DNA from: Octopus sinensis
Taxonomy: Eukaryota
Assembly: GCF_006345805.1 (NCBI RefSeq)
Contig: NC_043022.1
Location: forward strand, 21,700,001 to 21,764,000
Reading direction: 5' to 3'
Length of the DNA: 64,000 nucleotides
The notes beneath the pieces are model-generated. The model made no database searches. It worked only from the letters and a program-made list of their open reading frames with translations, and was not told where the DNA came from. Position 1 is the first letter of the stretch. Every line of letters starts with the position of its first letter. Shown piece after piece: positions 12,610 through 24,728 of this stretch. The translations under genes and the position numbers were made by a program.

Positions 12610-13519
12610 TGAAATTTGTGTTTTTGTTATCACATGTATACTGTAGTCTGCAATTTTGTCGTGGATAGCAAGTTGGAACAACAAGCCAATGTGAAATTTT
12701 GCATTAAACTTGGGAAGTCTACTACATAGACAAAGAGCATGCTTCAGGTGTAATCTTGAGATGAAGCAGCAGTTGTCACAATGGAAGAACCTTTCATCTC
12801 AAGACCGAAGAAGGCACAGCAGAGTCACAGCTCAATCAAGAGCACACTCATCATTTTTTTTCAACATCAGCGGGATTGTGCATCAAGAATTTTCCCCCCA
12901 GGGTCAGACAATCATTCAAGAGTTCTACTGTAATGTTTTGAAGCTTTTGAAGGAGAACATTTAGCAAAAGGAACCGGATCTGTGGAATGTGAAGAATTGG
13001 ATTCTTCATGACAATGCACCCTGTTTCTTTACTGCCCACAAGGGGCTAAACACAGAGGGGACAAACAAGGATAGACAAAAGGAGTAAGTCGATTACATCG
13101 ACCCCAGTGCGTAACTGGTACTTATTTAATCAACCCCGAAAAGATGAAAGGCAAAGTCGACCTCGGTGGAATTTGAACTCAGAACGTAGCGGCAGACAAA
13201 ATACCGCTAAGCATTTCGCCCGGCATGCAAACATTTCTGCACCCACTCTATTTGCCAGATTTAGCACCTGCGAACTTCCAGCTCTTTCCCAAAGATGAAA
13301 AGGCAGCTCAAAAGTCACTGTTTTAACACCATTGTCAAGATCCAGAGCAAATCACAGAAGATCCTCAACTTGCTTATGGAAAACAACTTCCAGGTCGAAC
13401 TCCTAAAGTGGAAGGATCACTGGGGCTGGTGTATTGCTGCACAAGGTGACTATTTTGAAGGGATTAGTGTCATTTTTTATTAAATATAGTAAGTCACAGA
13501 ACTTTTTGATACCACCCCG
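12610..13519 (+). mobile_element. Mariner transposon fossil interrupted by a SINE
   Basis: EQQANVKFCIKLGKS, VHQEFSPQGQTIIQEFYCNVL, WILHDNAP, then SINE B, then HPLYLPDLAPANFQLFPKMK (YSPDLAP motif); ITR-like end tttttgataccaccccg followed by TA. Confidence 0.85.
13024..13238 (-). mobile_element. SINE family B inserted in mariner
   Basis: Matches the family B consensus. Confidence 0.9.
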
Positions 13520-14143
13520 TAAGTTGAAACATCAACTCTATGACAAACTAGAAAAGCACTCGGAGAGCGCAGACCTCCGCAAAGCAGCTCATTTTAAGAT
13601 AGATACACAAGTAAAATTACTAATAGAGAAATAAAAATGAACTTCGGAAACAGCAACCCCACTATAGGTTACGTGGAAACGATGAACGTGTTTCCAAGGG
13701 AGATAATCAAAGAAAGTAACATTGTAATACTTCATGTAAAGTAAATATAACAAATGAACAATCCTTCAAAAATCCATAAAAATTCCTGGATCACTACCAA
13801 AATTTCACCATCTGTTCCAAGTATCATCAAATACTGTACACAACTTTTTGAGTTATTTTGCACATAGATGGACAGACGGACAAACCAACGCCGAGTGCAG
13901 TTCAATTTTAACAGTTATTTTTTCAAAGCTATAATAGAAGTGCACATTCGGCATATTTTGCTTTATGAGTTCAATAAAGACAACAACGCAATGGAAAGTG
14001 CATGCATGAATCTCTATTTGTCTCCACCACTGCTTGACAGCTGGTGTTGGTGTGTTTACACTCCCGTAACTTAGCAGTTTGGCAAAAGAGATTGATAGAA
14101 TAAGTACTAGGCTAAAAAAATAAAAACTAAGTATTGTAGTATA

Positions 14144-14324
14144 GGCGCAGGAGTGGCTGTGTGGTAAGTAGCTTGCTTACCAACCACATGGTTCTGGGTT
14201 CAGTCCCACTGCGTGGCATCTTGGGCAAGTGTCTTCTGCTATAGCCCCGGGCCGACCAATGCCTTGTGAGTGGATTTGGTAGACGGAAACTGAAAGAAGC
14301 CTGTCGTATATATATATATATATA

Positions 14325-14364
<40 letters not shown>

Positions 14365-14570
14365 TGTCTGTGTTTGTCCCCCTAGCATTGCTTGACAACC
14401 GATGCTGGAGTGTTTACGTCCCCGTCACTTAGCGGTTCGGCAAAAGAGACCGATAGAATAAGTACTGGGCTTACAAAGAATAAGTCCCAGGGTCGATTTG
14501 CTCGACTAAAGGCGGTGCTCCAGCATGGCCGCAGTCAAATGACTGAAACAAGTAAAAGAGTAAAAGAGTA
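14144..14570 (+). mobile_element. SINE family A
   Basis: Full-length copy starting ggcgcaggagtggctgtgtgg. Confidence 0.9.
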
Positions 14571-15407
14571 GTCAATTCATTCAACTAAAATATTTCTTCT
14601 AGTGGTACCCCAGCATGGCTACAGTCTGACTGAAACAAGTAAAAGAATGTGTGTATCAGTGTGGTGGGGGGGGGGGCACCATTGTGTGCAGATATATGTG
14701 CAAACATTCTTGTACATACACGTCTGTATTTTCCCATATGTCAATGCATTTATACGCTTGAGTGAATGACCATTTGAGTGTATGATCACTGTTTGAATGT
14801 GAGTGGCATGTGCCTATTGTATATCTGTAAGTAAGTATAAGTGTGTGTGTGTGTATGTGTGTGTGAGTGTGTGTGTGTGTCTGTGTGCACACGCGCAGTG
14901 CTTGTGTTTAAGTGTGCTTTGCTGTTTGCCTCTAAGTAGGTGCGCATAAGACTGTGAATGAATGCAAGAGTCAGTGGGTGTGTGAATTTCTGCTCCAATG
15001 TGTGTCAGTGTGTATGCAAGTGTGTGTGTGTGTGGCAGCAAGAAGTGAAGACATTTTATAGTAACAGAAAGAATTCATTCATAAATCTGTCTACTCTAGC
15101 AAAGTTGACCATAGCTGAGCTAAACACAACAATGGCAACTAAATCCACACTACACACACACACACAGAGCCTAAATGACGAGTCAGCAGAAATAGAAACC
15201 ATAACTCCATCAAATTACAAATGCAGTGCTTGTTATAATGTCTGAAAATAAAATGGGATGGTCATGATTGGAATACTTTTGAACACAGATGTACTTGAAC
15301 AAGGCACCCGAGGAAAGAGGCTAAACATACATGTCAAAAAAGGCTGTAAAATTCCAAAGCTTTTATTACAAGCTTATTATGGCATAAAAACAACTTCTGC
15401 ATGAATA

Positions 15408-15438
<31 letters not shown>

Positions 15439-16505
15439 TTGTGTCTGTGTTTGTCCCCCTAGCATTGCTTGACAACCGATGCTGGAGTGTTTACGTCCCC
15501 GTCACTTAGCGGTTCGGCAAAAGAGACCGATAGAATAAGTACTGGGCTTACAAAGAATAAGTCCCAGGGTCGATTTGCTCGACTAAAGGCAGTGCTCCAG
15601 CATGGCCACAGTCAAATGACTGAAACAAGTAAAAGAGTAAAAGAGTAGTCAATTCATTCAACTAAAATATTTCTTCTAGTGGTACCCCAGCATGGCCACA
15701 GTCTGACTGAAACAAGTAAAAGAATGTGTGTATCAGTGTGGTGGGGGGCGGCACCATTGTGTGCAGATATATGTGCAAACATTCTTGTACATACACGTCT
15801 GTATTTTCCCATATGTCAATGCATTTATACGCTTGAGTGAATGACCATTTGAGTGTATGATCACTGTTTGAATGTGAGTGGCATGTGCCTATTGTATATC
15901 TGTGAGTAAGTATAAGTGTGTGTGTGTGTATGTGTGTGTGAGTGTGTGTGTGTGTCTGTGTGCACACGCGCAGTGCTTGTGTTTAAGTGTGCTTTGCTGT
16001 TTGCCTCTAAGTAGGTGCGCATAAGACTGTGAATGAATGCAAGAGTCAGTGGGTGTGTGAATTTCTGCTCCAATGTGTGTCAGTGTGTATGCAAGTGTGT
16101 GTGTGTGTGGCAGCAAGAAGTGAAGACATTTTATAGTAACAGAAAGAATTCATTCATAAATCTGTCTACTCTAGCAAAGTTGACCATAGCTGAGCTAAAC
16201 ACAACAATGGCAACTAAATCCACACTACACACACACACACAGAGCCTAAATGACGAGTCAGCAGAAATAGAAACCATAACTCCATCAAATTACAAATGCA
16301 GTGCTTGTTATAATGTCTGAAAATAAAATGGGATGGTCATGATTGGAATACTTTTGAACACAGATGTACTTGAACAAGGCACCCGAGGAAAGAGGCTAAA
16401 CATACATGTCAAAAAAGGCTGTAAAATTCCAAAGCTTTTATTACAAGCTTATTATGGCATAAAAACAACTTCTGCATGAATACGTTTGTGTGTGTGTGTG
16501 TGTGT
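14340..16505. repeat. Tandem duplication, two units of about 1075 bp
   Basis: Paired ORFs offset by exactly 1075 (14958/16033, 14814/15889); junctions lie in (TG)n tracts. Confidence 0.95.
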
Positions 16506-16515
16506 GTACATGTAT

Positions 16516-16832
16516 GTGAAAGAGCATGGTTCAGTGGTCAGGGTATTCCGTTCACAATCATAAGGCCATGAGTTCAATTCCCGGTGACGTGTTGTGTCCT
16601 TGAGAAAGACACTTTATTTCACATTACACCAGTTCACACAGCTGGCAAAAATGGGAAGTAGCTGTATTTCAAAGGTTTCAGCCTTATCACATTCTGTGTC
16701 ATGCTGAATCTCCCTGAGAACTATGTTAAGGTTATGAGTGTCTGTGGAGTGCTCCCTCATTTGTATGTTAATTTTATGACCAGGCTGTTCTGCTGATTGC
16801 AGCAACTGGAACCTTCGTCACTATAACCAACA
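16516..16832 (+). mobile_element. tRNA-derived SINE family E
   Basis: Head tggttcagtggt...gagttcaattccc and gttgtgtccttgagaaagacacttt central domain. Confidence 0.7.
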
Positions 16833-16889
16833 GAGTGCAGTTTATATGGGGCGGGGGTGGGGGTGTAAATATATATATATATATATATA

Positions 16890-17304
16890 CTCTTTTTACT
16901 CTTTTACTCTTTTACTTGTTTCAGTCATGTCACTGTGACCATGCTGGAGCACCGCCTTTAGTCGATCAAATCGACCCCAGGACTTATTCTTTGTAAGCCT
17001 AGTACTTATTTTATCGGTCTCTTTTTGCCGAACCGCTAGGTTACGGGGACGTATACGCACCAGCATCGGTTGTCAAGCGATGTTGGGGGGACAGACACAG
17101 ACACACAAACACGCACATACACACATATATATATATACATATATACGACGAGCTTCTTTCAGTTTCCGTCTACCAAATCCACTCACAAGGCTTTGGTCGG
17201 CCCGAGGCTATAGTAGAAGACACTTATCCAAGGTGCCACGCAGTGGGCCTGAACCCGGAACCATGTGGTTCGTAAGCAAGCTACTTACCACACAGCCACT
17301 CCTG
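16890..17304 (-). mobile_element. SINE family A
   Basis: Full-length reverse-complement copy. Confidence 0.9.
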
Positions 17305-17399
17305 ATAAAATGGCAGAAAGAGAAGTAAAGAAGTTGGATATCAGGAGAGATAGAGTTATATATATATAGACAGAGAGAGAGAGTGGAATGTGGGGTTTG

Positions 17400-17880
17400 A
17401 TGTGTGGGATCACCTTGTCTAGAATAGTTTTACTAAGCCTGCCTATATCCGATTTAGTCGGACATATTAACCTTACTCCTACGTTTTCTGGGAAATTATT
17501 CTTTGCACTTACTATTATCCTGTATAATCATGTTTAGATTTATACATATACTTTTTCCTCTTTGTGATCCCAACTTCATTAAAGATTCACCCCCCCTTCC
17601 ACTTCTTCCCTCTTTCTCTCAACATCCAACACCCTCATTCTTTACCGAGTGAAAAACGGTATGGACGTTTTGTTTTGGTGTCTCGCCATGCCATATACGA
17701 CTATGAGGATTTACCTTCCCGATGAAACTCGCTTTTTTCCCAAACTTCTTCTCAAACCTGCTATAATGTAATACATGTCTTTGGTGTGGTAATTGTACGC
17801 GGCTGAAGAAGGCTGTTGACCTACATGTTATATCAATTATGCATTGATATAAATTATTCAATAAAGCCAGAAACATATAT
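17400..17880 (-). mobile_element. Penelope-like RT N-terminal fragment
   Basis: Minus strand reads NNFPENVGVRLICPTKSDIGRLSKTILDKVIP, resembling the PLE motif KENFPxxxxCRLINPAKSEIGxISKxILDRI. Confidence 0.65.
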
Positions 17881-17924
17881 ACTGCTAAATCCTTTGCATC
17901 CTGTTTTTCTTTATATATATATAT

Positions 17925-18255
17925 ATATACTGGCACTTGTGCAGGTGGTACACGAAAAACATTCGAGCGAGATCGTTGCCAGTGCTGCTGGACTGGCTCC
18001 TGTGCAGGTGGCACATAAAAAGCACCATTTGAGAGTGGCCGTTGCCAGTACCGACTGACTGGCCCTCGTGCCGGTGGCACGTAAAAGCACCCACTACACT
18101 CTCAGAGTGGTTAGTGTTAGGAAGGGCATCCAGCTATAGAAACTCTGCCAGATCAGACTGGAGCCTGGTGCAGCCATCTGGTTTGCCAGACTTCAGTCAA
18201 ATCGTCCAATTCATGCTAGCATGGAAAGCGGACGTTAAACGATGATGATGATGTA
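17925..18255 (+). mobile_element. RTE-LINE 3' end (family D)
   Basis: Internal gtggcac.taaaaagcacc repeats and a (GAT)n tail. Confidence 0.8.
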
Positions 18256-18811
18256 TATATATATATATATATAAATATATATATATAAGGGATACACATT
18301 GCCAAATGACAATTGTGGGTGAAGATAAAGAACAAGAGCATATGTTAGTGGGAGATGAGTAAAGACTAACAGTTTGAGATAGGGTCCATCTTTAAAGAAG
18401 ACAGTGTTATCTTATCTAACGAAGAGAGTGTTATCTTATCAAGCCCAGATAAAACAAACATGACGCATAAAAAAGAGAAATACACAAAATATACATGGAG
18501 AGAGAGAGAGAGATAAAGGTATACATTCAATTACGTGTACATATATATATATATACACATACACACACACACATACACATATATACACATAGGAGCAAGC
18601 ATGGTGGTAAGAAGTTAGCTTCACAACCACATGGTTTGGGTTCTATCTCAATGCATTGCATCTTGGGCAGATGTTTTCTACAACAGTTCCAAGCTGACCA
18701 AAGCCTTGAGTGGATTTGATAGCTGGAAACTGAAAAAAAGTCTGTTGTATAAATATATTTTAATATTTTGCTTAAGCTTAGTGACACTAATAATCTGGTG
18801 TTGTAACTCAA

Positions 18812-18857
<46 letters not shown>

Positions 18858-18869
18858 ATATATATATAA

Positions 18870-19040
18870 AGTTAATCCAAACATGAAAACACAAAGAGAA
18901 AACACAACAACGTGAGGATGTGGAACAAATATAGTATTACTGGACACTCAGGAAGGAAGGGAAGAAGGAGGGTTTTACGTTTCGAGCGGAGCTCTTCGTC
19001 GGAAACATAGGAGAAGGAAAGATCCAGAGAAGGGAAGATA
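18870..19040 (-). mobile_element. PLE-terminal-repeat-like element with minimal hammerhead
   Basis: Reverse complement of the 1585-1790 family, flanked by (TA)n. Confidence 0.65.
18972..19006 (-). ncRNA. Minimal type I hammerhead ribozyme motif (U4C variant)
   Basis: GUUU-CCGACGA-A-GAGC(UCC)GCUC-GAAA-CG-UA-AAAC: stem I GUUU/AAAC, a 4-bp stem II and the ACGU palindrome. Confidence 0.55.
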
Positions 19041-19589
19041 TATATATTGGAAGGTTTGGAGATGATGTACAGGTATTATATATTAGAAGAAATGAGGTAA
19101 TCAGAAGATCAGATGGTTTATAGTTACAGATATTTATTTATATATTACATTTTTTATATATATATCATATCACTTAGGTCACTAGCGCTTTCTCCCATTC
19201 TAGTGGGGTTTTCAAATCAAACTCATAAGACTGGTTACCTCGTTTTCATGGCATATAAGGATCAAACCCTCCACCTGAACAGGAGGGCAGTCCATTGCAG
19301 GGTTTAAGGCCAGTAATTTATGAGGGGAGGAAACAAGCTGATTAACCCTTTAGCATTCAAATTACTCTGTCAAATGTAATATTTATTTATTCACATTGTT
19401 GGTGTTAAGAGCATCCAGCTGTAAGAAAACATGCCAAAATACACACTGAAGCTTGGTGCAGTCTTCTGCTTAGCCAGCTCCTGTCAAACCATCCAACCCA
19501 TGCCAGCATGGAAAGCAGACATTAAATGATGATGAGAAATGTTTTGCATTGATCATGTATTCTCTCACTGCTTCTAAATTTCAATGACA

Positions 19590-20008
19590 TACTCTTTTAC
19601 TCTCTCTCTTTTACTTGTTTCAGTCATTTGACTGCGGCCATGCTGGAGCACCGCCTTTAGTCAAGCAAATCGACCCCGGGACTTATTCTTTGTAAGCCTA
19701 GTACTTATTCTATCAGTCTCATTTGCCAAACTGCTAAGTGACGGGGACATAAACACACCAGCATCGGTTGTCAAGCAATGCTAGGGGGACAAACACAGAC
19801 ACACAAACAAACACACATACATATATATATATATATACATATATACGACAGGTTTCTTTCAGTTTCCATCTACCAAATCCACTCACAAGGCATTGGTCAG
19901 CCCGGGGCTATAGCAGAAGACACTTGCCCAAGATGCCACGCAGTGGGACTGAACCCGGAACCATGTGGTTGATTAGCAAGCTACTTACCACACAGCCACT
20001 CCTGCGCC
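19590..20008 (-). mobile_element. SINE family A
   Basis: Full-length reverse-complement copy. Confidence 0.9.
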
Positions 20009-20178
20009 TGATCGTATATTTTTAGAATGACATTGCAGGGTAGGTGTGAGAGCCCAGATCTGGCCAATTTGAACATTAAACATACGGGATTATTATTCTC
20101 AGACGCAGCAATAAGCTTAGGGTTTATGGCCTTGGATTATGAAATAGTATTTTAGTGCTTAGAGTAAAAAGGGTTTAA

Positions 20179-20368
20179 CCTTTTAACATTTAAACCAGGG
20201 GATCAAACTGGCCAGATCTGGCCTCTCGCACCTATCCTAAAATGTCATTCTAAAAATATACAATCACACTATCAAAATCTCAAAGCTATGGAGATAATGC
20301 AGGATTAATTCAAAACAATGTGAATAAACAAGCATTACATTTGACAGAATAATCTGAATGCTAAAGGG
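20179..20368. mobile_element. piggyBac-like MITE, family 1 (diverged)
   Basis: TTAA flanks; ends CTAAAGGG; homologous to the adjacent copy. Confidence 0.75.
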
Positions 20369-20385
20369 TTAAAGTTTATGATTAA

Positions 20386-20606
20386 CCCTTTAGCATTTAA
20401 ACCGGCCATATCCGGCCAAAAGTATTCTACCTGTTTTATGTTCAAACTGGCCAGATCTGGTCTCTCACACCAGCCCTACAATATCGTTTTAAAAATTAAC
20501 AGCTACCTCATCAAAATCTCATAGCTACAAGATAATGCATGATTAGCTCAAAACAATGTAGATGAAAAAGCATTAATTTTGGCAGAATAATGAAAACACT
20601 AAAGGG
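20386..20606. mobile_element. piggyBac-like MITE, family 1
   Basis: TTAA target duplication and CCCTTTAG/CTAAAGGG termini. Confidence 0.85.
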
Positions 20607-21011
20607 TTAAACAGAGAAACAATATTCAAAACAGTGAATTTGTGAAATTCTTGTTCTGATTTTATTTTTGCAGAAAGTGAAATCCAAATGTACTTCCTGA
20701 AAAACAAAAACAAAGCAGGTAGACTACTTCATCCAATATTCTGCCAATTGTTTATACAAACCGGCACCAGTTGTCAAGTGGGGGTGGGCGAGACTAACAT
20801 AGACACAAAGACCTTTCCTGTATCACAAATGACTGCCGTTGCTACATTCACATCGATTCCTAGTATTCAGTCGATGTAACACCATGTACTGTAGCTACAA
20901 TGTACGCATATGGATGAATATATATTTATCTGTATATACACATACATACACATACCACCATATACATAAAGTTGTGTAAATACATACACACACACACATG
21001 TATATAAATAC

Positions 21012-21045
<34 letters not shown>

Positions 21046-21046
21046 T

Positions 21047-21337
21047 GTGGAGGCACATGGCCTAGTGGTTAGAACACCGGACTCGCGATCGAGGGATCGC
21101 GGGTTCGAATCTCAGACCTGGCGATGTGTGTGTTTATGAGCGAAAACACCCAAGCTTCATGCGGCTCCGGCAGAAGGTAATGGCGAACTTCTGCTGATTC
21201 TTTCGCCACAACTTTCTCTCACTCTTTCCTCCTACATCTTGCAGCTCACCTGCGACGGACCAGCGTCCTGTTCAGGTGGGGAACCTATATGCCAAGAAAC
21301 CGGCCCTTATGAGCCAGGCATGGCTTGAGAAGGAACA
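21047..21337 (+). mobile_element. tRNA-derived SINE family C
   Basis: A box TGGCCTAGTGG, B box GGTTCGAATC and a non-tRNA body; copies at 24420 and 55179. Confidence 0.9.
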
Positions 21338-21349
21338 TATATATATTAT

Positions 21350-21522
21350 AGATAGCAGTCAAAACTTGACTCTAAAACCACTTCATGTATTCATAGAGCA
21401 CAAGGTGAAAAGACAAATAGATCTGTGATTATCCAATAATTTTTTGCTAGTCTATTTGTCTTTACACCTCGTGCTGTATGAATACATGAAGTGGTTTTAG
21501 AGTCAAGTTTTGACTGCTATCT
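21350..21522. repeat. Long inverted repeat (72-bp arms, 29-nt spacer)
   Basis: Arms 21350-21421 and 21451-21522 are reverse complements with 3 mismatches. Confidence 0.95.
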
Positions 21523-22152
21523 CTAGCATGGTAGTATCTCTTAGATACCCTTAATTATAATTTTAATAATACCTACAAGGTTTTTATTCCTATGCTAGCC
21601 ACTTGATATGATCAGTATTTTAAATAACAATCTTATCTTTATCTATATAAAAATTCATAAATATATTATACACACAGATACACACACACACATAAACATA
21701 TACACATGTACCTCCTTTACATCAGCATATTCGTTTCTGTCCTTCACCATGCTAAATTCATTGTGCAGAATATTCTCACCTTTCTAACAGGATATGCTGA
21801 TAGCATTGGCTATTTGATTTATAGTCATTCATCTGTCATCTATCACCATGTGGTGAACACATTCAATGTTTTCCTCAATGGTAGCAGTTGCAGGATATTC
21901 AGACATTGGGTCATCTTCAAGACTCTCCATTCCCCTCCTAAATTCAGCTGCCCAGTTTTGCGCTGTTGATAAAGTTGGAGTGTCATCCCCTAATATAGCA
22001 ACATGTGTCAGCATGAATGCCCTTGAGAGCTAAAGCCTTTTTCTGCAGGTACCTGATAACACCATAATGCCAAATTTTGTCACTACTAGTTACTTTCAAG
22101 TCTTCTTTGAACAGTCAGATGTCAGTTTACCTGGAAAGAAACAAAGTAATTA

Positions 22153-22826
22153 TCTATATCTATATCTATAAAACAGTCCTTGGACGAAAACTGTATGCAC
22201 ATTTTGCTTTGACGGTTAATGGCGGCCAAACCGAGGCTAGAATCGAGCTGAAAATTGGCAGGGATACTAAATGCATGATGAGGATGAGACCCGCGATGGT
22301 TAAGATTTGCAAGCTATAAAGATGTGGTTGCTATGGCAAAAAGAGTGATTTTTTATTGATTCAAGGGGGCCCAGAGCCCCTCTAGGTTTGTGCGGCATGC
22401 ACTGAAGGCTTTTGTGCTTAACCCTTTCGTTACAACCCGGCTCTGTAGTACAAATGTCTTGTTTTCATAAGTTTTGCATTAAAATATACCACTAAACCTT
22501 AGTCGCAATTTATGTTCCTAATGATAACCAAGTTATGTTCCTTAATGATAACCAAGTTATTTTACTAAATTCTTTTTTTTATATTTAAAATTAATTGAAA
22601 GAAACACAGAGCATCTCAAAAAAATACAGAAACGAAAGGGTTAATAAACATACATTTTGTCGCCAAATTCCAGCTACTAGGAAACGATTTTTCATTATGA
22701 AAAACGAGTGCTTTTTGCCCTCATTTTCTTTTTAATTTTTAATAAAATTTTCGTTTTTTTTTTTAAATTCCTCATCTTTAAAATCTAGCCCGAGTAGACC
22801 TGAATGAAATTGGGTTATAATACTAG
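22153..22826 (+). mobile_element. Non-autonomous Helitron-like element
   Basis: Starts TC after an A and ends with a cccga..ttggg hairpin then CTAG before a T; absent from the homologous mariner copy at 60550. Confidence 0.7.
22422..22640. mobile_element. piggyBac-like MITE, family 2
   Basis: TTAA on both sides; CCCTTTCGTT and AACGAAAGGG termini; related copy at 59315-59535. Confidence 0.85.
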
Positions 22827-23094
22827 TTAATAATAAGAGTTGAAATTAATGCATGAAAAATTTCTCAGCTCTGGCATCACTCCTTTATAATCAGCCTATG
22901 AACTTTTCTGCCCACCCTCATATGTATCTCTGTGTGTGCACGTGTATGTGTGCGTGCATTTCTAAGTACCCTAGTTGTGTAATGGTTGTAAATGAGCATC
23001 AACATCATACAAATGATATCACTAGTTTTCAATCTTCTCTGAAAACCATATCCGACCATGAGAAAAATATTACCATGCTTGAAAACAGCAAACA

Positions 23095-23260
23095 TCATCA
23101 TCATCATCATCATCATCATCGTTTAACGTCCGCTCTCCATGCTAGCATGGGTTGGACGGTTCGACCAGGGATCTGGGAAGCCAGAAAGCTGCACCAGGCT
23201 CCAGTCTGATCTGGCAGTGTTTCTACAGCTGGATGCCCTTCCTAACGCCAACCACTCCAA
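23095..23260 (-). mobile_element. RTE-LINE 3' end (family D)
   Basis: (CAT)n followed by cgtttaacgtccgctctccatgctagcatgggttggacgg. Confidence 0.8.
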
Positions 23261-23417
23261 TCTAGAAAAGGAGAAAATGGAGGTAATCCTTTAGCATTTA
23301 AACTGGCCATATCCTGCCAAAATATTCTACATGCCTTATGCTCAAACTGGTCAGATCTGGTCTCTCACCTGCATTAGTCACACCAGGACCTATATGCATG
23401 TGTGTGTGTATGTTTAT

Positions 23418-23645
23418 TATCATCATCATCGTTTAATGTCCATCTTCCGTGCAGGCATAGGTTCGACGGTTTGACAGGAGCCGGCCAAGCAGAAGACTAC
23501 ACTAGGCTACTGTGTCTGTTTTGGCAGGGTTTTTATGGTTGGATGCCCTTCCTAACACCAACCACTCCGCAGAGTGGACTTTGTGCTTTTTACATGGCAC
23601 CAACACAGGTGAAGTCAGTTTTGGCATGATTTTTACAGCTGGATT
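23418..23645 (-). mobile_element. RTE-LINE 3' end (family D variant)
   Basis: (CAT)n tail and the ggatgcccttcctaac core. Confidence 0.7.
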
Positions 23646-23924
23646 CCCTTTCAAATATCATTCTAAAACTTAACAGTTACATCATCAAAATCTCCACACT
23701 ACAAGATAACGCATGATTTATTCAAAACGATGTGAATAAATAAGCATTACTTTTGACAGAATAAGATGAAAGGTTAAGGATCCTTTAAACAGAGATTTAG
23801 AAATATTATAATTGAAACACTTGATGAGAAGGTGAAGGGGTTAGAGACATAACATAAAGAACAAGCTACTAATAGTGACAGGCCAAATTTGTGGCTGGCA
23901 CAAATTTTCAACCAGACTGAAGAT

Positions 23925-24150
23925 ATATTTCTTTACTGTCCACAAGGGGCTAAACATAGAGGAGACAAACAAGGACAGACAAAGGGAGTAAGTCGATTAC
24001 ATCGACCCCAGTGCGAAACTGGTACTTAATTTATCGACCCCGAAAGGATGAAAGGTAAAGTCGACCTCAGTGGAATTTGAACTCAGAACGTAACGACAGA
24101 CGAAATACTGCTAAGCATTTCGTCTGGCGGGCTAACGTTTCTGCCAGAGA
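23925..24150 (-). mobile_element. SINE family B
   Basis: Matches the family B consensus. Confidence 0.9.
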
Positions 24151-24419
24151 TAACATGACGGTGGAACAGTGATGGGATGGGCTTGGAAAGAGTGGGAAAA
24201 TGGAGTCACCAAAGAACTGTATCAGGTTGCTGGAAGGGAAGTTAGGTGGCATGTTTATGAAGCAAAGACAGAAGCAGAAAGGAAGCGGTTCGTCGATGAC
24301 TTGCAGTGTGAGAATCAGAGGCATGGGGTGTTCTGGATTGCAAGACAGTCTTAAAGAGAGAATCAAGATGGTATGGGAGAGAAGTATGTATGCATGGATG
24401 ATGGTATTCTTGCACTTTG

Positions 24420-24728
24420 TGTGGAGGGACATGGCCTAATGGTTAGAGCAGCGGATTCACGGTCTAGGGATCGCGGGTTCGAATCTCAGACCAGGTGATG
24501 TGCGTGTTTATGAGCGAAACACCTAAGCTCCACACGGCTCCAGCAGAAGGTAATGGCGAACTTCTGCTGACTCTTTCGCCACAACTTTCTCTCACTCTTT
24601 CGTCCTGCATCTTGCAGCTCACCTGCAACGGACCGGCGTCCCGTCCAGGTGGGGAACCTATACGCCAAGAAACCGGGAAACCGGCCCTTATGAGCCAGGC
24701 ATGGCTCGAGAAGGAACAAACAACAAAA
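24420..24728 (+). mobile_element. SINE family C
   Basis: Near-identical to the copies at 21047 and 55179. Confidence 0.9.

Larger units (their letters stand above)
21705..22920 (-). mobile_element. Mariner 5' fragment (N-terminal DNA-binding region) with nested insertions
   Basis: LGDDTPTLSTAQNWAAEFRRGMESLEDDP..ATATIEENIE; ITR-like end TA-TGAGGGTGGGCAGAAAAGTT; homologous to 59645-60650. Confidence 0.85.

Noticed and set aside
20674-20718. 45-nt candidate exon after a good acceptor (ttttatttttgcag)
   Set aside because: The donor (GTAGAC) is weak, the peptide SEIQMYFLKNKNKA is unrecognised, and there are no partner exons; RNA-seq would be needed.
21047-21125. tRNA-like sequences (also at 24420, 55179 and 61640)
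   Set aside because: They have A and B boxes but no complete acceptor stem and run into a shared SINE body, so they are SINE heads rather than tRNA genes.
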